The translations under genes and the position numbers were made by a program. This document shows positions 13,009 through 25,100 of a stretch of 64,000 bases of DNA, piece by piece. Origin of the DNA: Vitrella brassicaformis CCMP3155 (taxonomy: Eukaryota; Protista; Chromerida); the NCBI GenBank assembly GCA_001179505.1, contig CDMY01000385.1, forward strand, positions 248,001 through 312,000, read 5' to 3'. Numbering within the stretch: position 1 is the first letter of the stretch; every line of letters begins with the position of its first letter. The notes under the pieces were generated by a model. That model was not told the origin of the DNA. It ran no database searches and worked only from the letters and a program-made list of their open reading frames with translations.

Positions 13009-14209
13009 ATGATGATGCGACGCATTTGCAGCAGCTTTGCCGCAGCTTGCCGCTATGGCCGTACATCAGCACCATCTCCATTCCGCATCTCAGGACCACC
13101 CTTCCGCTTCCTGTCCACACTCGCCGCCAAGCCCCTCCTCCGCTATCGCGAGGCTGCTGGATGCCTGTCGCTGGTCAATCAGGACAGGCGGCCCCTGACC
13201 ACCCCTCAAATCGTCGGCCTCATCGATGGAGAGGGATGCTTCACGTTGTACCGGGTTCGCAAGGGCCTCTACCCAGATTTCAGACTTGCAATGAACATGA
13301 AGGACCTGTGCCTTCTGGAGCGTCTGCAGAAGTCCCTGGGTGCGGGGCACCTCTACCCGCATATGCAGAACAACCTTATTGGCTACGAAGTTCGACTGAA
13401 AGAGCAATGTCGCCGGCTGGTTGAGGTGTGTGACGCCTTCCCGCCGCTGACGGTAAAGGGCTCTGACTACGCGAGATGGAGGGAGATAGTGCTCATCCAG
13501 CAGGAGAAGGGGACGGTCGCAAGTCGCAATGAGTGCCTTGCCATTGCTGAGAAGATGAATCGTGGCCGCCCGCATGGTGCTTCGACTGGCCTGGAGCTCT
13601 TCCACGACAGCAGCAGCATCAGGGAGGATGAGGTTCTGCAGTGGCTGTCGGGCTTCATCGCTGGAGAGGGCTGCTTTTTTTCCGAGCGTAAAGTACTAGA
13701 CACAGTTGTCGGGTTCGCGCTGGAGCAGCATGCAGCAAAGTGCGAGACTGATATACTTCCTTCGGGACTTTTTCGACATCGGCCGAATAAGTCAGCACCA
13801 AAACATGGCTCGTTGGGCGGTTGATCGGCGAGATGACAAGCGAAGACTGATCTCCCTCTTGTCCCGCTGGCCTCCTTTTGGCTGCAAGCTGGTGGACTTC
13901 ATCCACTGGCGCAGCTTCATTGAGGACAGTGACGAAGCCATGAAGATGCACTGCAGCAGGTGGAGACAGCATTTTGATTGGGAGCTGTATGACCCAGCTG
14001 AGTCCCACCTGGCCTGGTACACGTGCAAGTATACCCACTTTCGATCAGATGTGCAGAGAGACAAACTCAGTACCTGGCGGAGGGGCGGAAGCGAATCAGG
14101 GAGGAACGCAAGAGAGATATGCATGATGCGGATGGACCACAGGGCACTGAATGAAGATGTGTGTAGTGCTGGTCAATCAGATGACATTTGCACAAGCTCA
14201 ATTAATTGA
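13009..14209 (+). CDS. Double-motif LAGLIDADG homing-endonuclease/maturase-like protein with N-terminal organellar (mitochondrial-type) presequence; +1 frameshift near 13732-13739
   Basis: Motif 1 is IVGLIDGEGCF, followed by DFRLAMNMKDLCLLERLQKSLGAG and PPLTVKGSDYARWRE. Motif 2 is WLSGFIAGEGCF, followed by FALEQH. The remainder, LIYFLRDFFDIGRI...PPFGCKLVDFIHW, continues in the next frame (13706-14209). No introns. Confidence 0.85.
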
Positions 14210-14343
14210 TTTCATTCATCTGTCGATGTCCACGCACCCGTCCGTTCATGCATCAGTCCCGCACCTACGCAAGGCAAAAAGCAGCGACCACACCCACACC
14301 GACACGCACCAACACCAGCCCGCCCCCCAGCCCCACCATTAGT

Positions 14344-16549
14344 CTACTCATCATCCAAATTAATGGCAGTGTCGATGGAGACCCCCCTGCCATCTCTCAC
14401 AGCAGGGCGCCGCGGCATACCCACAGGCGGCGGCCCCACAATGGCAGATTCACTGTACTGTGGGTATGCCCCGGATGAGACCTTGGGCCACTGCCACTGC
14501 CCCGCACCACTCAACCCAGCAGCCGCCCCCATCGGCTGCTGGCCAGGCCGCAATGGTCGTACCTCGAACATCGTTTGCCCCGGAAGAGGAGGCCCGAAGG
14601 CCGGCGGACTGTCTGGAGCGATGCCCCGCCCCGCTCCACCCACGCCGCTCCGCGACAGGCCAGACATGGTCCCCTGAGGACCAGCGGCAGCCTGACGTGT
14701 GCCTTCTTGACGTATGATGAGTCGGTCAGTGTCATCAGCCTCCCTCCCGCTCGCTACGGGGTTGAGGAAGGGAGGCACCTCAGGCAGACCCTCATCACCG
14801 GGGCGGAGGGGAGGGGGGCGCCTCGCGGCAGCAGCAGGAGGCGGGGCTTGTTTGGGTGGCGGAATGGGGGCCAAGGGCGGCCAAGCGTGTCTGGGTGGGG
14901 GCCCGCCCTTGGGTGCCGGCGGGGGTCCGCCCTTGGACTTTGGCGGAGGGCCCTTGGGCTTGGCCGCTGGTGGCGTCTTGGCTTTTGGGTGAGCGGGGGG
15001 AGCCTTGACCTTCTGCTGGAGCTTAGGAGGGTTCTTGGCCTGCTTCTTGCCCTTGGCCTGCGCCTTCTGCTTGGCTCGACCCGCACGGCTGTCTGGTGTG
15101 GGTGGACGGCTGCCCTGCCGCTGCTGCTGCTGCTGGTGCTGCTGGTGGCGCGCTTTCTTGGACTTGGGCTGCCCGTGATGCTGCTCGGGCTGGCTCGACT
15201 GCTGCAGCTGCGGGGGATTCTTCGGGCGCCAATGCTGCGAACCCGCCGGTTTCGGGGCAGCAGCACTCGGCCCGGCACTGCACGTACACAGACACACCCA
15301 GAGATACATACAAACACACGACCATGAGCGTCCCCTGTTTCGCCTCACTTGTGCTGCTGGCCGCCAAGGACAGGCAGGTGGAAAGAGGGTTCCCGTGCGG
15401 CCGGTGTGGGGCTCCTCTTTCGCTTGTTCTTCCTCTTGCCTTTCCTCGGGGAGCCAGGAGGGGGCGGCTCGCCGGGCATGGGACGGCCGGGAGGCTGTAC
15501 CTTGGCCGATGGCGGTGGCGGTGGCAGGGGCGCCAACACGGGTGGCGGCCTCCACTGGTTCGGAGGGGCTGGGGGCCTGGGTTGGGGGACGACGGGTGGT
15601 GCTCGGACCTCTGTGGGATGGCGAGGCTTGGGCGTGTGTCTAGCCGCAGGTGAAGCAGCTTTAGCGGCAGCAGGTGGCGGCTCGACAGCCGGCGGCCGCT
15701 CCCCAGACCTCCTCACCTCCAGTGGAGGGAAGAGACTTGGGAGTGAGGGGAGAGACTTGAAGTGCTCCTCGAGGCACCGCTGCTCGGGGCTGATGGTGTA
15801 ATCGAGTGTCTCGTCCTGGCAGGCCACCTCCGTATCAGTGCGCACTTGGGCTGGATGGGGGTATCTGAGCAATGTCTGCTTGACCGCATGAGGAAGCAGA
15901 TTGCGCCGCTGGAGTGCCGTGTACAGCCCGTGGGTCCTCTCGTAATGATCCACGGACACTTGGCACCGCTCGCGGATGGTTGGGCCGTCGACCATGGCCG
16001 TGTCACAGGGCGGCGCTGAATGAGAGCGGTAGTCCTTGATGGCCTCCTTGACCGCCGGCTGATGGGCGAGATGGACGAGAAGAGAGAGCGCCTTGCGGGA
16101 CACCCGGATGCCGCGCTGCTCCCACAGGCCCTTCTCGATGGCCGCCAGAGGGTCAGGCACATCCCCTTGCTGCTGCTGCTGCTGCTGCTGGCCCTCTCCT
16201 CGCTGCTGATCCACGGCCGCGTCGCCGCCCCGGTCCCTGCCGCTCCTCTCCTCCGTGCCGCCTCTAACGACCACCCCCTCCCCCGTGCCCCCCTTCTCCT
16301 TCGATTTCTCACCCTCTACAACAGCAGCATCCTTGCCACTCTCTGCCACCGGGTCCGCTCGCTGCTGACCACCAGTACCTCCGGCCGCCGCTGCTGCCGG
16401 CTCCATTCGCCCCTCCTTGACGGCACCAGCAGTGCTACGGTCTGCATCCAACACGGACACACACACGCGAATACAACGAAGTCCTGCACTTGACATGTCT
16501 GGCGGCCCACCTCACCTGGTGATGGTGTCACCCTTGCCGCTCCCGCCAT
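14344..16549 (-). CDS. Pro/Gln/Lys-rich hypothetical protein, 3 exons
   Basis: Exon 1 (MAGAARVTPSP) splices in frame to DRSTAGAVKE... and then via aa|t to NAGPSAAAPK.... The stop is at 14344. Mostly low complexity. Confidence 0.65.
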
Positions 16550-16932
16550 GCCCGCAATAGGTAGAACCCTCTCTCCTGGTCCTGGTGTGTCCGCACCACG
16601 AGGCGATGGCGCCTTGCCTTTGGGCTTGGGTGCGGCCGGGGGCCCCCATCGACTTGCGCCGAGGACTACACCCATGAGACCCCGCCTGGGCTCTTTGCCG
16701 ACTGGACGGGAAGGCTGCATGCGGGATTGGCAGCGAGGACCAAAACCGGCAGATTCCGCCGTATCCTCAGTGACACCACCTGGCCTTCATCCTCTATGTC
16801 TGTGAGGTGAGATCTTCCGCCTTAAAACAACTTAAAGAGCTGCACCGATGCGCCCTCACGACGAAAGTGTGCGATTTGCCCCGACTGCAAGCTGAGCTCG
16901 CACTTGGCAAGAGCTCGCACAAGGAGGAGAAA

Positions 16933-19100
16933 ATGCTTCCCCACACATCAAGACGAGAGACCGGCATGGTAACGTCGTCACCTGGCTCCTATCCTCTTTC
17001 CATCGATACCTCGCGGCCCTCGTCCAGCCAGCGACGCTCCTCTCCATGCCACAGATCTGCCCATCTCGAGAGGCTCCCCACCCTCCCCCTGATGCTACTG
17101 CTCCTCCTGCTGAGGCTGGACCCTTCCCTAAGTGCCGCATCCAAGATGCCCGCGAGGCCGATGTCCCACCAAGAAGCATTCTTTCTTTCACCCCCTCACG
17201 CAAGCAGGGCATCGTTGCCGCTGCCAGGCCGTCTAGCTATGAGGAGGTTCAGCGGCGATGTGGCGGGTGATGGTGTGAGGACGAGGGTGGCGGCTGGGCC
17301 GCTTGAGAAAGAGTCGTCAGCAGCTGAGGCGAGCAGCGGCGACGTGGACACATCGCGGAGGAAAGGGGGGCTGTTTGGCGGTCTGTCGTGGCAGTCGGTG
17401 TTGCAGAGTGCGATGCTGCTCATGGTGCCGCTGGCGCTGCCCTTCTGCGCTGCCCCCACGATGCCGGCCTTCGCCACCGATCCCGTCAAAGTGGGAACCT
17501 GTCTGCTGCAAAAGTGCAACCTGCAGGTGGGAGGGGAGGGGAGAAGATGGTGTGCTTGCCTGGAAAGGATCTGTCTGTGTGTGGCTGTGTGGATGCTTGC
17601 ATTAATGCAGTTGGCTCAGTGTTTGCTGAACCCCCGGTGTGCGGCTGACATCGTCTGTCTAAACCTCTGCAACAACAAGCCTGACGAGGCAGAGTGCCAG
17701 GTAGACACACACACACACGGTGCGCATCGACGAGGTCGGATGGCACAAGTTGTGCCTGTCTGTCTGTCTGTCAGGTGAAGTGCGGTAATTTGTTTGAGAA
17801 CGAGGTGGTGGGCAAGTTCAACGCTTGTGCGGTGAGCGACAAGAAGTGCGTGGACCAGAAGATGGACGACGGCAGCTACCCCGACATCCCCTATGAGGCC
17901 TTCAAACACGACTTCGACACCGACCTGTTCAAGGGCAGGTGGTACATCTCCGCGGGACTCAACCCCATCTTCGACATATTCGACTGCCAGGTACGCTGTC
18001 TCTCTCACACACACACACACATCCATCCATCCTCTCTCTGTTGCTGTCCTCTGTCTGTCAGGTTCATTTCTTTGACGCGCCTAGCCCCGGGCGCATCTAC
18101 GGGAAGCTCTACTGGCGCATCACGGAGCCCGACGGTGAGTTCTTCACTCGCGACACGGTGCAGCGGTTCGTGCAGCAGGAGGACAAGGGGCTGCTGTTCA
18201 ACCACGACAACGAGTACCTGCACTACCAGGATGACTGGTACATCATCGACTACGAGCCTGACGACTTCATTGCCATCTACTACCGGGGGAGGAACGACGC
18301 ATGGATCGGCTATGGAGGGGCCGTGGTCTACTCGAGAGACGCTGCCTTTCCGGAGAGACACAGAGAAAGGTCAGACAGACAGCAACCGTGGGCAGAGGGA
18401 GAGAGAGATCAACAAGGGGGAGGGGCCAAGGTGTTAACAAATGTGTGTGTCCTGGCTGCAGGATAAGTAACGCTTTTTCCAAGGCGGGCGTCGATTTCCA
18501 GAAGTTTGCGCTGACCGACAACTCGTGCAGACCCCTGGTGAGCCGAGCGCAGACAGAGACACCGGGGCGTCAGCCGCCTGTTTGCATCTCTCTCCCTCTG
18601 TTTTTTTATGTGATGTGTGTGACATAAATCAGGACAAGTCTCCGTCCTTCTTGCGTGCTCAGTACGCCAAGAAGCTGCTGCTGAAGGCAGAGCGGAACAT
18701 CCAGGAGGAGCTCACTTCTGTCAGAGGGTCAGTGAATGCAGTGGGTAGCTACACACACACACACACACACACATACATCCCTATCCACAGACACACTTAT
18801 CCCGCTGTGTCGCTCGTTATGTGTGTCAGCTACGCCGCCAACACGCTGCTGCGTGAGGAGAAGGAGTTCCAGGCTGCCGTAACCAACCTCGAGACACAGA
18901 TCAAAGACTATGAGGTCACATCACATCCAGCACACACAAGCGGAGAGGAACGTTTTGACAGCGAATCTAATCTCCATGTGTGCGCGCTGCGTTTGCAGAA
19001 TCAGTTTGTGTTCAGCGCTGCGCGCGAGCTCGAGGAGCTGCTGCGGCCCCTGTTTTCCCTTGGAAGGGGCGGCAAGGAGGAGCTGGTCAACAAGCTCTAA
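16933..19100 (+). CDS. VDE: Violaxanthin de-epoxidase with bipartite plastid-targeting leader
   Basis: It has the Cys-rich N-domain ([50 protein letters not shown]), the lipocalin core ([19 protein letters not shown]...HYQDDWYI...[20 protein letters not shown]) and a Glu-rich C-tail. A hydrophobic signal is followed by an 'AFF' transit-peptide-like start. Confidence 0.95.
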
Positions 19101-20230
19101 TCGACGGCGCGTGCGTCGGCAGTTTGGGTGGTTTGTGAATGCAGTCTGGCTGCAGTGCAGTTCCAGTGCAGTGGATGCACAGAGAGAGTTTATCATGATG
19201 AGATACAGACAGCAATCAATGGTCAGACAGGCTAGCTAGGCTGATGACGACGACTGCCTTCACGTGTGTGTGTGTCCAAGCAGAGGGTTTTTTGGTGCAT
19301 ACGTCTGTCTGTCTACTGGTACAGTTGTTGCAGCTGATGATGGTGACTGAGGTATCTAGATGGATGAAGACTGACTGCGTTTTGTGCCGATGATGACTGA
19401 CTGACTGAGGTAGCTGAGGGGGTATGTAATGCATTTGACTGACTGACACTGAATCGACTTGCCGCGCGAGTATTTTTCGGCGCGAGGGCTCGGCAGACAA
19501 CCAACCAAGCAACCAACCCAAAGAGCTGACTACTGCCTGAGGGCGGCGTGCGTGCCGTGAGCGTTTTTGCCACACACCTGGACAGACTCCTCGATCATCC
19601 CACGCATATGCGCGCGTCAACAGCTGTTAGTTACGACACTTCAGAACCCTCCAGTCCCATCCATCCATCCATCCATCGTGTTTGCGCCTGTCTAGCTAGA
19701 CGGCTCATAAGCTGGCGTGTGGTGGCCGCATGAAAGAGGTGCTTTGACGGGATCAGTTCCGTCACGCACCCCTCACACGACCACCACACGCCAAGCATCA
19801 CGAGCCACCACTCGCGAAAACCAAGAGAGTCGATCATTGCAGCCAGCCATCCGTCCCCACATTCATGGACACACCCATCCCGTCTGTGCGCAATGTGCGC
19901 ACTCCCTTTTCTTCTCAGCGCTTAAACACTCGTGTGTGTGGGCGTCAGTCAACACACACAGTTAGTGAATGGATAAGTGGAAAACTGGCCGAAAATCACG
20001 TGGGAGGATGTACACATGGGAGGTCGACGGAAAATCCCTCCCACGGACACACACGACACGCAGGGTTAAAAAGCCACCAACACAACATGGATGCCCTCCC
20101 TCATGGATGTAAAACACTCGATGTATCGATCTGGTGGGAAGCGAAGCTCTCCACTCCACTGCAGTGCAAGATGCAATCAATGCGATGACCACAGTCTCGG
20201 CATGACGGTCTCTCTCTCTGTCTGAGAGTC

Positions 20231-21940
20231 TCAGAGCCTCGCTCTGGCGCGTGTCACCTCACACTCGATCAGGCCTGATCGATAAGGTGGCAGGGATCCT
20301 TGATTGCCCTCCCTCCCTGTCTGTGTGCGTGTTTGGTTCACCTGAGGGGTCGTCGGTAGGGTAGAGTATTTCCTGCTGGTTGGTGAGTCCGAATCGGCCG
20401 ATGTCGAAGGGGAAGTGGTGGATGTTGGGCAGCACCAACTTGACCGACTGAACCGATGGACACACTGACATACACGCGCACACATACAGCGGCAGAAACC
20501 AGCCCTGTGTGGACAGTCCGCGAGGTGGCTTTCTCTGTCGTGCCGCACCCTCCATTGCGCGCAGGCCCATCTTGTACATGGTCTCCTGCACCTGCACACA
20601 CAAACACACACACCACACAGACGCCGCAGCAATGTGACCAAGCGTCTGCGCACGTGCCCGTTTCTTTCCTCACCGAGGGGCTGTATTCGCCACCCTCGGG
20701 CGGACCTGGCCGGACAAGACAAAAGAAAGACAGACACGTCAGATGAGGTGGCAGCGAATGCATGGAAGAAAGGCGGTGTTCTCTCGGTGTCTTGCCGTAC
20801 CAGCAAAGACCTCCATCATGCTGTCACGGATCTCTGTCAAGCACAGACAGACAGACAGACAGACATTCAGACGGCTGGTGATTGGGTGCTCATGCGGCCC
20901 CCAGTAAGGGTCCTTACTGTCGTGCAGCAGGTGGAACTGCCCCTCGGGGAGGGGCGCACCGTACGTCCACTTAGCGTCGACCTTGGTGCAGAAAATCCGA
21001 TCCCTTCACAAACAAACAAACAACCAACACGTGTCCTACATGCTGGATGCCTCTATATTGTGGGAGGTGGGCGGCTACTTGGCGGGTGGCAGTGTGGTGT
21101 ATTCGTCGACGATGTAGCCCTCGAATCCCGACTGTGTGGTCTTCATGAGCTTCAAATCCTCAATGCCTGACGTCACGGAGTAGGGGCCCGACCGACTGCC
21201 CACACACGTCGCCACCCTCTTCTCAGGCCCGGTGGCGCTGAACACGTGCTCGTGCGGCTTGCCAGACACAGCTGCGAGCGAGAGCGGTGGGTGCACACCC
21301 ACACACAGATGTGTGAGCTGTTCACATCGATGTGGCGTGAGCTTACTCAGTCTGTTCCAAAGCTTCTCTGTGAGTGTGACGGTCACACGGTCGATGTGGG
21401 AGTGGCGGCTCAGGAAGTGACGCATCAACGCCAAACCTGACACACACATACAGACAGATGATATGAGGTCGGTGTGGCTGCATGACATGATCCGTGTGGC
21501 TGTGTTATCTATCTGGGCCACCGACCGAAGTCTTCGATGGAGTCGAAGTTGCTCTTCTTGGCGATGACGTATGTGGTGTTCTTGACCGTGTCGGTTGGCA
21601 CAATGCGGCCGTTGTCACCATGCGTGTACGCCTCCAAGAACGAACCTACAACAGGCGGCAAGAGAGGAACGACACTCCACAGACACGTCCAGGCCCTTCC
21701 CTTGTCAGCGCGGGCGTGTGCGCATCTACCCACCCTCGAGCAGGGTCTCGACTTCCACCTCCATCAGTTCGTGCCACGGCCCTGCCCCAGCCGACTTGGG
21801 TGGCGTCTTGCGCACGCGCACCACGCGCACCTTGGTCTTGCCGTAACGACCATTGACCCTGCAGTACACCAACCGACACACCAGACCACACCACTGCAGA
21901 TGCACTGGGGCAGTGACACTGATCTGGCTCACTCAGCCAT
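20231..21940 (-). CDS. uox: Uricase (urate oxidase) with C-terminal PTS1 (-ARL)
   Basis: Motifs are YGKTKVRVVRV, AYTHGDNGRIVPTDTVKNTTY, LMKTTQSGFEGY, DRIFCTKV, YSPSVQETMY and LPNIHHF. The protein ends ...TRARARL*. Confidence 0.95.
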
Positions 21941-22113
21941 GATGTAGCAGCAGCGGAAATGGAAGATCTCACTCACGCCAAGCCTCTACAGGCTCTCGGC
22001 CACCGTGCGAGCACCAGACTAAGGCCGCAGCAATATCCCTCCTGCGAGCTCGAGGCTCGCAGATCTCAACCGTTTGGTAGCACCACAAGAATTCACAATA
22101 TGCCCTACGCACA

Positions 22114-25100
22114 ATGAGCACCTCTCTATCTTCGTCTCTCCATCCCAGCGGTACTCGGCTGGAGTATCTGGTGAAGGTGATCATCCATGACGTGCGGGAT
22201 TTGGTCTTCAAGGAGGGCGACCAGACCGTCCTGCCGTCTCCCTATGTGGAGGTCAAGGTGCGGGACACAGTCAAGCGGACGTCCACCAAGCCGCAGACGG
22301 CCACGACCTTTTACAATGAGATACTGTTATTCCAAGACCTGTCGCTGAGCAGCAAGGAGTTCAGCACCTCCACCATCGATGTCAGGGTGTACCACCAGTA
22401 CATGTTCACCACGCCACTGGTCGGCCAGTATGTGGTGGCCTTCCCCGTGGCCTACGGCAGGCCCCAGCACTACATCCACCGCCAGTGGGTGCTGCTCTCA
22501 CAGCCAGCGGGGGAACCCGGCGAGGTCAAGGTGAGTGAGGATGGATGGAAAGATGCCTCGCTGCATGCCGTCTCTCTGCCTGTCTCAATCAATCGCTGTC
22601 TCTTGTCTTGTCCAGGGCTATCTGCGTTTGAGTGTGGGTGTGTTTGGTCCGGGTGATGTGCTGCCGTCTGTCAAGGACACCGGAGCAGACGTCAGCCGAA
22701 ACAAGCATCTGTTTGGCCGTTTTGTTCTCAGTGTTCCTCCTCGTGGCTGTTGCAGGAGGAGGGCGGCGCGGCTGCAGAGGCAGGCGGGGCGTCAGACATG
22801 CGATTTGACGCCTACCAACTCAATGTAGGAGCACATGACCCCCGCCCACCCACCCCTACTTCCCGTGTCTGTCTCCTGCCTCCCTCCCTTGTGCAGGTCA
22901 ACATCCACCGCGCCCTGGACCTGCCTCGTGTGGAGGGTTTCCTGACGGCGATTAACCCCTTCGTGCAGGTCAAGTTCATGGGGCTGGTGTGCACCTCCGC
23001 CACGCTGTACGACAGCGTCAACCCTGAGTGGAATGAGACCATCCGAATACCCGTCATCGTGCCATGCATGGAGAGGGTGGTCGTGTGTGAGGTCTGGACA
23101 CACCACATATCACAAACCACCTTCATCGGCATCGACACCATCGCATTCGATCGACTCCTGGAGGAGCGCATGAAGCCGAGATGGACCAACCTCTACTGGC
23201 ACCCGCCCGCTGCGGGTACGCGTATGCCAGCCAAGCTTTCTCTCAAGATCCATTGTCTTCGTTGGTATGTGTCGTCGCTTCAGGCATGTCGATGATGTTG
23301 GATCGGCTGGGTGCCCTGGCGCTTGGCAGCAAGGAGACATCGCAGCAGCCTGTCTACGCCGGCAGAATTCTCCTCTCAGCGTCGCTCCAGAAGACCACCA
23401 CGCCACAACGAAGTAAGCCAAATTGCACAAACTGAAAGAAGCCCACTTGTCTCCACTCTGATCCGCCACAACCTATGTGTGCAGCGTCTGCGCCGTGTCC
23501 TCGGGCTACCGATCCCCCCAGCCAGGAGTTCTGCATCTGGACTGACCTATACGAGGTGGCGGGGCTCGACGCGTTCTCGCCGACAGAGATAAAGGTCAGT
23601 AGCACACATATGCAACACTTGATGGATCGTAAACGTCGGTCGGTGTCTCTTCCGTATGCAGGTAGAGGTGTGCATGGGTCCGGTGATTTGGCGGTCGCGG
23701 ACGGTCAAGAAGGCAGACGAGGCGAGCTTTGTCTTCGACGATGCGGGAGGAAGGCTAGAGGAAAGGAAGATCGACCTGCCTGGTCGATACGTGAACGGAC
23801 ACCAAAAGGGACGCAAGCACGCTCGGCAATCATGCGTTCTTTATCTGTTTGGCAGAGCCATCTGAGGCCTTTGATTTGTGTCTGTACGTCATAGGGTCCT
23901 CATTCTTCAAAGGCACACAAAGGTGACTTCATGGTGGTCAGTATTCTTATTCTGCAGCCTTGTCTTGTGTCTCACTCAGGATCGCTTTCCTGCGGGTGCC
24001 CTTCGTGGAGGTGTTCAAGAGCGGCAGTGGGCCCAAATGGCACAGTTTGCAGCCCTACCAGGAGGGCTCGGCCGTCGAGGGCAGCATCCTGGTCAGCTTC
24101 TGCGCCATGGAGAGCAGCAAACAGCCCGTCAGGCGGGGGAGGGTCGCTTACAGCCGGACAAAGTAAGCAGACAGAGGGAGAGAGCCGGCGGGGCGGGGCG
24201 GGGCAGCTCCTTCATGACTGTTGCGATTGGTCCTTCTGTAGGTGGCTATTCCGTGTATATACCAAGCAGTGAACCTCCCCATTGCGGACATCGACGGGAT
24301 GTCAAACCCCTACTGCAAGGTCACAACCCAAGTGACTCAACCAAGCAGTATCCCCGAATGCATTCCATTGTGCTGCAGGTGGTGTGCGGCGGTCGGTTAG
24401 CGCAGACCGCGTGCATTCAGGACACACAGAATCCCTGTTGGTGGTGGGCTGAGGAGTGGGAGGTCACACTACCCGAGAACCTCGACTACGCGAAGGATGT
24501 CACGGTGAGGGGTTGCGTCGCGTCAGCAGCAGTGAGACATGCAATTTAATATTGTTGTCTGTCTGTTCACTACAGGTAGACATATATGACCATTCGGGCA
24601 TCGTTTCGAGCCACAACAAGCTGTGCGGGACCAAGTGAGTCAAGCCATGGGTGCAATAAGACAGACATGCTGCCTGAGGATCTTCCTGTGGGGTGGGGTG
24701 GGGTATGTGTCTTGTCAGAGTGACGGTGACGACGATTCCCCGCGAGTGGGTGGATGAGCCCGTCTGGCTGAACCTCACTGCCCAATCATTCTTCTGCGAT
24801 GTGAGAAAGAGGACGAGGCATGACGATGTAAACGCGCAACCTATATTATGTCTCGTGCAGACGAAGCTATTGTGCTGCTTTGAGCTGCTGCCGAAGGACG
24901 AAGAAGAGCGGTATCCGTTCTATCCAGAGATCCGTGTGAGAGGGGAAGCGTGACCACACCTCTGCTGCCTCTCAATGTGACTGTGGCCCTCTCATTTGCT
25001 TCACCCAGCCCGAGACTCAGCTGTGGTACGTGGAGCTGCTGCTAATCGGTGTTCGGCTCAAGAAGGATGAGGGACGACAGCCGATGGTCGAGGTGCGGTA

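Noticed and set aside
12700-14300. LAGLIDADG ORF as part of a group I intron, intein or mobile insertion
   Set aside because: No host gene is interrupted, and I saw no intein splice motifs, intron core or target-site duplication. GC content matches neighbouring nuclear genes.
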